Source: an uncultured Anaerolineaceae bacterium
Lineage (GTDB): Bacteria; Chloroflexota; Anaerolineae; Anaerolineales; E44-bin32
Assembly (NCBI GenBank): GCA_964385305.1
Contig: CAYLOP010000003.1
Location: forward strand, 1-63,310
Direction of reading: 5' to 3'
DNA: 63,310 nt
The notes beneath the pieces are model-generated. The model searched no databases, was not told the origin of the DNA, and worked only from the letters and a program-made list of their open reading frames with translations. Both the position numbers and the translations under genes were made by a program. Below are positions 1 through 8,101 of this stretch, in pieces. Positions within the stretch are counted from its first letter, which is position 1; each line of letters starts with the position of its first letter.

Positions 1-28
1 GGGCTATAATCGAGTTGTAGGTGACCTG

Positions 29-847
29 ATGACGTACCGATCCATCCAGCGCATGCTCATCTGTTTCGCGATTATTGCTGGGATTATCCTCACGCTGAGT
101 TTTGTCTTACCGGCTAGCGCTGGTGAGAAGCGTATTCCTGATGCACAACCCACCCCCTTCCTCACGCCGACGCCGGGACCCGATGGCAAGATCGTCTACA
201 TTGTCCAGGACGGAGACACCCTTTGGCGCATCGCTGCGATCGCGGAGATCAGCATCGAAGAGTTGATGACTCGCAACGGGATCCAACCAGGCGACTATAT
301 CACTTCCGGTATGGAACTAGAGTTGGGATTAGGGGTGCCTGTTCAACCGACCACGGCTCCCGGTGCTGTGCCCACGCCCATTCCGGCGACGCCAACGGCA
401 ACCCCAGCTTCGGCCACCGGTGAAATCTGCGTTTTGCTCTTTCTAGATCAAAATGGAAATGCCCGCCTTGACGAGGGCGAAAGCCCGTTAGCGGAGGGAC
501 AGGTGAGCGTTGTAGATGTTTCGGGGACACTCGCTGGCGAGCACGCTACCGATCTTGATCCGGAAGGCTTTTGCTTCGAAGGGCTTAGCCAGGGTGACTA
601 TAATGTTAGCGCCGCAGTTCCTCCGGAACATAACCCAACGACGTCCATGAATGTCCCCCTTCGCCTCGCAGCGGGGGATATTAAATATGTGCAGTTTGGG
701 GCACAACCGGGTTTAGCGATTATTGAAGGCGAAGGGTCAGGAACGAGTAGCCGCTCCACCACACTTGGCGTGCTGGGTTTCGTGCTCCTGATCGGTGGTG
801 GTATACTGGGTTTCTTCGCCTACCGCTATCGTCGTCAAATTCGGTAG
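29..847 (+). CDS. Secreted, membrane-anchored LysM domain protein (signal peptide, Pro/Thr linkers, LysM, beta-sandwich SdrD/Cna-B-like region, C-terminal TM anchor)
   Basis: 272-aa ORF. Hydrophobic N-terminus ends in PASAGE. YIVQDGDTLWRIAAIAEISIEELMTRNGI matches the LysM pattern. C-terminal LGVLGFVLLIGGGILGFFAYRYRR is a TM segment plus basic stop-transfer. Confidence 0.7.
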   Translation: MTYRSIQRMLICFAIIAGIILTLSFVLPASAGEKRIPDAQPTPFLTPTPGPDGKIVYIVQDGDTLWRIAAIAEISIEELMTRNGIQPGDYITSGMELELGLGVPVQPTTAPGAVPTPIPATPTATPASATGEICVLLFLDQNGNARLDEGESPLAEGQVSVVDVSGTLAGEHATDLDPEGFCFEGLSQGDYNVSAAVPPEHNPTTSMNVPLRLAAGDIKYVQFGAQPGLAIIEGEGSGTSSRSTTLGVLGFVLLIGGGILGFFAYRYRRQIR

Positions 848-915
848 GCCGTCAGGTTTGCCAGCCTCGTTTAAGTCGCAACCGCGGTGCTTAGCCTAAA
901 ATCGCACAATGTAGT

Positions 916-2040
916 CTATTGCGCGCCAAGTAAATCTTCTAATGCGGCTAGAAGCAGACGCACATTTTCTCGGCGGCTCGAGTGTCCCATGAGACCAATT
1001 CGCCAGATTTTGCCAGCAAGCGGACCGAAACCGCCGGCGATCTCGATATTGTATTCCTCAAGAAGCTGACGTTTTATCTGTGCACCATCGATGCCATCTG
1101 GAATTTGTGGAGTGGTCAGGGTTGTGAGCCGGATTGCGGGTGGCACAAATAGCGTGAGATCGAGCCCTTCCAGACCCTCCCAGAATATCTCAGCGTTGAC
1201 GCGGTGGCGTTCAAAGAGAGCTTCCAACCCTTCTTCATACGCCAGACGCAAGGCCTCGCGTAGGGCATAGATCATGTTGATGGGGGTTGTGTGGTGGTAG
1301 GAAGGCGTAGCACTCCAATAGCGTTTGAGCAGCTGCAAATCTAAATAGAATACAGGCGGTGGTGTGCGGCGGGCTGCGATGACTTCCTCTGCGTGGGCGC
1401 TTACGGTAATCGGGGCAAGACCGGGTGGTGCCGAGAGCGCTTTTTGAGCCGCGCTGTAGGCAACATCCACACCCCATGCGTCGATCTCAACCGGCAACCC
1501 TCCAAGCGAGGTGACACAATCAAGGATCAGGAGTGCGCCGTTTTGGTGACAAGCCTTTGCGATGGCGGCGATATCAGATTGTAAGGCGCCAGTCGATGTC
1601 TCGGCATGTACTAACGTGACGGCCTTGTAGGAGGCTTTCTGCAGTGCGGTTGCGATATCGTCCGGGTCGAAGATCTCTCCCCATGGACATTCCGTGACAT
1701 CAACCTGCGCTCCGTAGCGGCGCCCCATCTCGGCGAGGCGTTCGCCAAAATAGCCGCTCACACATGCCAGCATCGGGTCACCGGGCTCAATGATGTTGGA
1801 GAGAGCGGCATCCATGCCCGATGTGCCGGTGCCCGGGACGGCGAGTGTGAGCTCGTTATCCGTTTGAAAGATAAAACACAGCAATGCCTTCACGTCCGAC
1901 AAGATCGCAAGAAAATCTGGATCAAGATGTCCAACGACCGGCGTACTCATAGACCGCAAGACGCGAGGATGCACCATGCTCGGTCCTGGACCCAACAACA
2001 AGCGAGGGGTAGGGTTTAAGTCTGTATACATTGTCTTCAT
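916..2040 (-). CDS. Class-V PLP-dependent aminotransferase (alanine-glyoxylate / serine-pyruvate aminotransferase type)
   Basis: 374-aa ORF. N-terminal LLLGPGPSMVHPRVLRSM and the overall length and layout are typical of the AGXT/SPT family. GGAGG lies 4 nt upstream of the ATG. Confidence 0.85.
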   Translation of the reverse strand: MKTMYTDLNPTPRLLLGPGPSMVHPRVLRSMSTPVVGHLDPDFLAILSDVKALLCFIFQTDNELTLAVPGTGTSGMDAALSNIIEPGDPMLACVSGYFGERLAEMGRRYGAQVDVTECPWGEIFDPDDIATALQKASYKAVTLVHAETSTGALQSDIAAIAKACHQNGALLILDCVTSLGGLPVEIDAWGVDVAYSAAQKALSAPPGLAPITVSAHAEEVIAARRTPPPVFYLDLQLLKRYWSATPSYHHTTPINMIYALREALRLAYEEGLEALFERHRVNAEIFWEGLEGLDLTLFVPPAIRLTTLTTPQIPDGIDGAQIKRQLLEEYNIEIAGGFGPLAGKIWRIGLMGHSSRRENVRLLLAALEDLLGAQ

Positions 2041-2504
2041 GGGGCCTCCGGAGTTCTCTGAGGATGGTTTCTATAAGTATACGAGGATCAGGACGTTATG
2101 TTAAACAAAATGAGCACGCGTTGCTGACGAGATTGGTACCTCATGTGTTACGGAGTTACAGTATGATCATGCCAGCTCAGGGGTGCGTGGTAAGGGCTGG
2201 GCAATGCTTTACTGCAAGATAATCGACATGACCACAAGTCCGACATCGCACCCATTCCAGGAATATGCAATATCCACGATCGCTTTACGGCAGCAGGAAA
2301 GAAGGCGATGGCCGAATGTATGTGTGGTATCGAAACTTACAAACGCCTTACATTTCCACCACGTTAAAAGAAACGTCCCTATAATGAGTTATAAGAGCAA
2401 ATAAGTAATGTGAGATGCCTAAGCCTCGAGAGAGAGGCCCAAATTTGCAGGAGGTGCATATACGGGGGTGCAAGTATTAAGGCCACGAGAAAGTGGTCAA
2501 CAGA

Positions 2505-2542
2505 GAAGCGAGGCACCCTGCCGCCGCCTCGCTTCTTATTTT
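2505..2542 (+). terminator. Intrinsic terminator with no convincing upstream ORF
   Basis: Perfect 10-bp stem GAAGCGAGGC (2505-2514) / GCCTCGCTTC (2526-2535), 11-nt loop, then TTATTTT. Confidence 0.6.
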
Positions 2543-2710
2543 AATGCAGGTTTGCGGTTTTTAAGGGAGTTTGCAGGTGGTTGAAGGTCGATTTATACTA
2601 CGTTCGGTTTGTCGAGAACCCTCTCAACGAGAGGACAATCCTCTTCCACCTAACCATTCAACTCGAGGGGTAAGAGCGTTGAAGACAGTTCTGGAGTGAT
2701 CTTCTAAAGC

Positions 2711-3253
2711 ATGCCGATCAAGGTTGGTTCAAAGTATTATCCTTTGTATACCTATCTCCAACGCCGTTGGGGCACCACGGTTGAACTGTCATTCGAAAGG
2801 ATCGAACAGCTCCTTGGTGAAAGACTGCCGCCAACGGCTCGTTCCAGCCGCGCTTTTTGGAGCAACCGAAACCGGGGAGGATTTCAGTCTGCTGCTTGGA
2901 TGGAAAGCGGCTTCCATGTTCTTGAGGTAGATCTCATGAATGAGTGTGTTATTTTTGGGCAGCCAATCTTGCGCTATACGGTCCAGCGGGAAGGTGATGA
3001 TGTGAGATGGGATGGCAGGATGGTGCGAGCGTTGCGTGAATACTTGGGCTTGAGTCAGGCTGAAATGGCGACAGTGTTGGGTATTCGACAACAAACGGTG
3101 AGCGAGTGGGAGACGAGCGCTTATATTCCGACTCGCTCCAGCTCGAAGCATCTCTCCATGGTGGCGGAACGGGCAGGATTTCCGGTGCTGGACGGTGATC
3201 AAATCTATGTTCCTCAGCAGGAAAAACTTGACATCAATAACGCTACCGTGTAG
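2711..3253 (+). CDS. XRE-family helix-turn-helix protein with an uncharacterised N-terminal domain
   Basis: 180-aa ORF. The C-terminal LREYLGLSQAEMATVLGIRQQTVSEWETS is a classic XRE HTH. The N-terminal KYYPLYTYL...LSFERIEQLLGERLPPTARSSRAFWSN resembles a recurrent small domain of unknown function. Confidence 0.6.
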   Translation: MPIKVGSKYYPLYTYLQRRWGTTVELSFERIEQLLGERLPPTARSSRAFWSNRNRGGFQSAAWMESGFHVLEVDLMNECVIFGQPILRYTVQREGDDVRWDGRMVRALREYLGLSQAEMATVLGIRQQTVSEWETSAYIPTRSSSKHLSMVAERAGFPVLDGDQIYVPQQEKLDINNATV

Positions 3254-3293
3254 AATGTCATTATCGTTATTTGTATGACGATTGGTAAATTGA

Positions 3294-3374
3294 GCGCCTG
3301 AGGTCGCGCGAGACGTGTACAAATGGGGGTGAGAGCATGTCTCGCGCGAAGTACCTCGGGCGCTCGTTTGTTTT
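3294..3374 (+). terminator. Very long hairpin with a U-rich tail downstream of the HTH gene (terminator or structured RNA)
   Basis: Outer stem 3294-3304 / 3353-3363 and inner stem 3305-3317 / 3336-3348 give 24 bp including 2 G-U pairs. There is a 4-nt bulge and an 18-nt loop, followed by TCGTTTGTTTT. Confidence 0.5.
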
Positions 3375-3688
3375 AACGATCTGCAATCTATTACGATCGT
3401 TTGTGAGCGAATGAACATCATTTCCTCATATCAAGAGATGAATAAACAATATAAGGTAAATAGCTCTCGGCACTTTGATGATTAAATATTCGACACGTAT
3501 CAGTGAAAATGCGATCTGATTGGGATCAAGCTCTGGACTTGCTAGGTTTCTGGCACGTGGTCGGACTTGTATAAAATCGGAAAGATTGTGGTTTAATGGA
3601 TTCATCTTTTTCAGGACTGTAATTTTCTTAAACTTGTGCACTGTCAGTGTCGTGCTACAAACGCTATGGGTTAGTGTGTGGGGTATAC

Positions 3689-4492
3689 ATGTTCCAGAGG
3701 AATAGGCGCGGCGGGCTCAAACAGGCGATTGACCGGGCTACGGATCCCGAACTTCAGGATCTGCGCGCACAAGTTGCAGAGAGACAAGAACGAGTTGCTC
3801 AGCTTGAACTCGAACTATCGGAAACTCGCATTCATCTAGATCGCTTTGAGGGGGAGCTCGAATCCCGGCTCGGAGACTTACAACGCCAGTTGAAAGAACT
3901 TGAGGAACAACTGGAGGATGCTCGCAGGCGCGCCGCTCATCGTGCACAATGGGGGGATCATCCTGAATCTCCAGAGCTCGCCGAGGATGTGGTTGAGCAA
4001 TTCCGCAAGACATGGTCACAAGGCGAAAGACCCCCATTACCATCAGCCCCAGAGCAAGAGGATAGCGAGACGTCAGAGGCGCTCAAAGTGCTCTTTCGAA
4101 AGCTTGCAAAACGGTTCCATCCCGATCTGGTGCAAGATCCTGAAGAAAAAAAGCGGCGAGCGCGGAAGATGACAAAGGTCAATCAAGCCTACGCTGCTCG
4201 GGATCTGGAAACGCTGCGCCAGATGGCAGAGGAGCCAACCCAACCTGAGGTAGCGGAACAGAAGACGCGCCCGGAGTTGGTTAAAGAACGCTATATGGAG
4301 ATTCGAAGGCTTGACAGCGTAATCCGTGAGCTAGAATTCTCGTTGCAGCGGCTTACGAACTCACATACTGTTAGGCTTATGCTGGATGTGACCGTCGCTC
4401 GCCGTGCAGGCAGAGACTTGCTTGAGGAGATGGCTAATGATCTGCGTGTGGAGATCGCCCGGGTAGAAGTAGAACTCGCCGCATTGCGCTGA
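3689..4492 (+). CDS. Coiled-coil protein with an internal J-domain-like segment (HPD motif)
   Basis: ORF track gives 3647-4492; ATG 3689 (MFQRNRRGG) is the preferred start. LKVLFRKLAKRFHPDLVQDPEEKKRRARKMTKVNQAYAARD has the J-domain helix II-HPD-helix III pattern. It is flanked by heptad-rich Glu/Arg/Leu segments. Confidence 0.55.
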   Translation: MFQRNRRGGLKQAIDRATDPELQDLRAQVAERQERVAQLELELSETRIHLDRFEGELESRLGDLQRQLKELEEQLEDARRRAAHRAQWGDHPESPELAEDVVEQFRKTWSQGERPPLPSAPEQEDSETSEALKVLFRKLAKRFHPDLVQDPEEKKRRARKMTKVNQAYAARDLETLRQMAEEPTQPEVAEQKTRPELVKERYMEIRRLDSVIRELEFSLQRLTNSHTVRLMLDVTVARRAGRDLLEEMANDLRVEIARVEVELAALR

Positions 4493-4636
4493 GGTCTGAG
4501 AAGCCCAACCGTTCTTTCGTATCTTTAAACACAGGTGTGGCTGAGCGCCGAAAAATGCCATCAACCCCCGGGTCGTGCAGCGCAGCAATACTGCTTCCGT
4601 ATGCTCAAACGCCGCTATGCTTGTCTATGCCGTGAC

Positions 4637-7369
4637 CTAATTCCCATTCTCGTTAAGCATTTGGCGTAACACTGTGTGTAGGATGCCCCTGTTGTGGTAA
4701 TACGTCATCTCGATAGGCGTATCGATGCGGACCTTAACTCTAAATTCTTTGGTTGAACAGTCATCCGTAATAGCACGAACGAGCAGGGTCTCTCCCGGTT
4801 TCAAATCGTTGTGGATGCCGAGCGTGCTATAACTTTCCCGGCCGCTCAACCCCAGTTTTTCCACGCTCTCGCCGGGCATGAACTCAAGCGGCAGAACTCC
4901 CATCCCAATTAAATTCGAGCGGTGAATGCGTTCATAGGACTCCGCAATCACAGCGCGAACGCCAAGCAGGCAGGTCCCTTTCGCGGCCCAATCGCGTGAG
5001 GAGCCTGTGCCATATTCCTTTCCAGCTAGAACGATGAGAGGGATCGCGTCCGCTTGGTATTTCATCGCAGCTTCGTAGATGCTCATTTTCTCGCCGGTTG
5101 GTATGAAAATGGTGACGCCGCCTTCGGCTCCGGGAACGAGCAGGTTCTTTAAGTGAATATTGCCGAATGTTCCTCGTGTCATCACACGGTCGTTGCCACG
5201 GCGAGACCCGTAGGAGTTGAAGTCTCGGGGTGCAACACCTTTCTCAATAAGGTAGCGACCAGCGGGATCGCGCGCGGGGATGGCACCAGCAGGGGAGATA
5301 TGATCTGTGGTGATCGAATCTCCTAAAAGCACTAATACATGCGCCTCCTGGATGTTCTCAAGGTTTGGGGTTTTCTGGGTTAGATCCGTAAAGAAAGGCG
5401 GCTCTTGGATATAGGTGGAGTCGGGGTCCCAGGCGTACATACTCCCGCCTGATACTGGGATCTCGTTCCAGGTTTCGTTCCCAATAAACACATCCGCGTA
5501 TCGTTCACGGAACAGGTCAGGGCTCAGGGTGTCTTGGACAACTCGGTGGATTTCGTCTTGCGTTGGCCAGATGTCTCGCAAGTAGACTGGATTTCCGTCC
5601 TGGTTTGTACCAAGCGGGTTGGACATGAGATCGATGTCGATCGTCCCTGCAAGTGCGTATGCGACAATCAAAGGGGGAGATGAAAGATAGTTGGCGCGAA
5701 CGTGGGGGTTGATACGCCCTTCAAAGTTGCGGTTTCCCGAGAGTACAGCAGTCGCAACCAGATCCCCCTCGCTGATCGCTTTAACAACCTCCCCTGGCAG
5801 GGGACCACTATTGCCGATGCATGTTGTACATCCATATCCAACCACGTTGAATCCCAGGGCGGCGAGTGGTTCTAAGAAACCACCCTTGCGTAAGTACGCT
5901 GTGACCACACTTGAACCAGACGCTAAACTAGTTTTTACATAGGGCTTGACGCGTAGGCCTCGCTGGTGTGCTTTTTGGGCAAGCAGCCCGGCCGCGATCA
6001 TCACACTGGGATTGGATGTATTGGTGCACGAAGTGATTGCAGCAAGCACAACGGCGCCATGGCCGATCTCATACTCGGTTTCAGGGACGCGGACATGAAC
6101 ACGCGGCTCCGTAGCTTCTTGGGCTAGGGCATACCCACCAGCGGTGATTGGAGCTGATAAAGATCGGCGAAATGCTTGTCTACTTTGCGAGAGTGGAATG
6201 CGATCTTGCGGTCGCTTGGGCCCGGCGAGGCTGGGCTCTACTTTTGCGAGGTCCAACTCCAGCTGCGCGTTGTAAGATGGTGTGGGTCCGTCCTCAGACC
6301 GGAACAAGCCTTGCGCTTTGCAGTACCGCTCGACGAGGTCGATCAGGTCGTCGCTGCGGCCTGTCAGGCGTAGATACCGCAGGGTTTCATCGTCTACGGG
6401 GAAATAGCCCATGGTCGCGCCGTATTCCGGCGCCATGTTTGCAATTGTGGCACGATCAGGCAGCGTCATCTTAACCAAGCCCGATCCGAAGAACTCAACG
6501 AACTTTCCGACTACACCAAACTTACGAAGCATCTCTGTGATCGTTAACACAAGGTCGGTTGCGTTTGTCCCCTCGCGGAGTGCGCCTGTAAGGCGAAAAC
6601 CGATAACTTCAGGAGCCGGGATGACCAAGGGCTGACCAAGGATGGCAGCTTCAGCTTCAATACCACCCACGCCCCATCCCACGACACCGAGTCCATTGAT
6701 CATCGTGGTATGTGAATCCGTGCCAATCAGGGTGTCGGGGAAAGCGATGGCATGTCCATTTTCTACCTTGGTGCGCACCACACTGGCGAGAAATTCAAGA
6801 TTGACTTGGTGGATGATACCGGTCGCTGGAGGAACGACACGAAAATTTTGGAAAGCCTCTTGGCACCAGCGAAGAAAAGAGTACCTTTCATGATTCCGTT
6901 GAAATTCAAGTTCCGCATTTCGGCGTAGGGCTTCATGAGAGGCGAAGAAGTCCACCTGCACAGAGTGGTCGATGATCAAGTCGACTGGTACGCGGGGGTT
7001 GATTTTCTCTAGGCCGCCGCCTATCTTGGACAACGCGGATCGCATCGCGGCCAAGTCGACAATGGCGGGAACGCCGGTGAAATCCTGCATAACAACACGC
7101 ATTGGTTGGAACGGAATGTTTGCGTGTGCTTTGCGCTTTGGAGACCAACCTGCTAGGGCGATCACATCTTGCTCGGTAATATGCTCGCTGCCGGCTTGTC
7201 TCAGAACTGATTCGAGTAAAACACGTATGGCGTAAGGGAGATCGTCGAGCCGTGTGAGACCTGCCCGCTCTAATGCCTTTAAACGATAGATCAAGACTTC
7301 GCCTAGTCTTGTAGATAAGCGATCAATGCTTTTAAAGGGATCAAGAAGCACGCAATTTCTCCGGGACAA
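4637..7369 (-). CDS. acnA: Aconitate hydratase A
   Basis: 910-aa ORF with a TTG start. Carries DSHTTMINGLGVVGWGVGGIEAEA and the Fe-S cysteine motifs ITSCTNTSNP and CTTCIGNSG. Confidence 0.95.
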   Translation of the reverse strand: MSRRNCVLLDPFKSIDRLSTRLGEVLIYRLKALERAGLTRLDDLPYAIRVLLESVLRQAGSEHITEQDVIALAGWSPKRKAHANIPFQPMRVVMQDFTGVPAIVDLAAMRSALSKIGGGLEKINPRVPVDLIIDHSVQVDFFASHEALRRNAELEFQRNHERYSFLRWCQEAFQNFRVVPPATGIIHQVNLEFLASVVRTKVENGHAIAFPDTLIGTDSHTTMINGLGVVGWGVGGIEAEAAILGQPLVIPAPEVIGFRLTGALREGTNATDLVLTITEMLRKFGVVGKFVEFFGSGLVKMTLPDRATIANMAPEYGATMGYFPVDDETLRYLRLTGRSDDLIDLVERYCKAQGLFRSEDGPTPSYNAQLELDLAKVEPSLAGPKRPQDRIPLSQSRQAFRRSLSAPITAGGYALAQEATEPRVHVRVPETEYEIGHGAVVLAAITSCTNTSNPSVMIAAGLLAQKAHQRGLRVKPYVKTSLASGSSVVTAYLRKGGFLEPLAALGFNVVGYGCTTCIGNSGPLPGEVVKAISEGDLVATAVLSGNRNFEGRINPHVRANYLSSPPLIVAYALAGTIDIDLMSNPLGTNQDGNPVYLRDIWPTQDEIHRVVQDTLSPDLFRERYADVFIGNETWNEIPVSGGSMYAWDPDSTYIQEPPFFTDLTQKTPNLENIQEAHVLVLLGDSITTDHISPAGAIPARDPAGRYLIEKGVAPRDFNSYGSRRGNDRVMTRGTFGNIHLKNLLVPGAEGGVTIFIPTGEKMSIYEAAMKYQADAIPLIVLAGKEYGTGSSRDWAAKGTCLLGVRAVIAESYERIHRSNLIGMGVLPLEFMPGESVEKLGLSGRESYSTLGIHNDLKPGETLLVRAITDDCSTKEFRVKVRIDTPIEMTYYHNRGILHTVLRQMLNENGN

Positions 7370-8101
7370 GGCTTAAAAGAAGGGATGATGTCTAACGCTG
7401 GATGGGTAACGTCGATTCTTCAAATCATGCTCATAAAGAGTATAATCGAAACGGATGTACCACCATGCCTCTTTACATCGGAGCACTGTCTTAGCGCGAA
7501 AAACGTTTCTGGGTATGGAGAAGATGCTGCGGTATTAACGGGGAGGTGTTTAAATTTGAAGGGTACGATCGTCCGACACGATGCCCACTGGTTGAAAGCG
7601 GAAACGCGAAACTTGATCGTTGCTTATCCTTTGAGACCTTCTCAGTCGATCTCCCCAGGTTTTACATTCGGCAATGCCATGATCGGAATGGACTTTGTAT
7701 AAAGCCCTGGATTATTTATGTCAAAATGTCCATGGAGATTTTATTTTCGAAAATATCCCGTATCATCTGGCACCACAGGTGCGCGGTCACGTGTACCGCG
7801 GTTCTCTACATCTTTGAAGCGTCAGCATCCTTTTCAAGGATGTAGATTGGGAGAAATTACAGGCTTGCCACCCACACGAGTATGTGATTAGTTATTCACA
7901 CACTTATTTTGTGACAACCACAGTTAAACTGGCTGGAGCGTTCTAATACCATGAAACACTGCTGCTCACGACTGCCTTTGAGCGCCGGGTTTTGCGAACC
8001 ACTATGAAGTATCTGGCCAAGCAACGTGGCGAAGCACGTACGCTGAATACTTGTCCGTGCAACATCGGTTTGATGGGAGAGAGCTGGGGTGATGCTTTGG
8101 C

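Noticed and set aside
2183-2404. 73-aa ORF in the aminotransferase upstream spacer
   Set aside because: It has no Shine-Dalgarno, an odd composition and no recognisable motif. It is probably non-coding.
7385-7845. Two overlapping ORFs (105 and 99 aa) in the acnA / kinase spacer
   Set aside because: They have mutually exclusive frames, no SD, and Cys/Trp-rich unnatural composition. Treated as non-coding.
7892-7900. TTATTCACA, a perfect match to the relaxed DnaA-box consensus TTATNCACA
   Set aside because: This is a single occurrence 40 kb from dnaA. About one or two such matches are expected by chance in 63 kb on two strands. It also forms half of the TGTGA-N8-TCACA palindrome reported separately.
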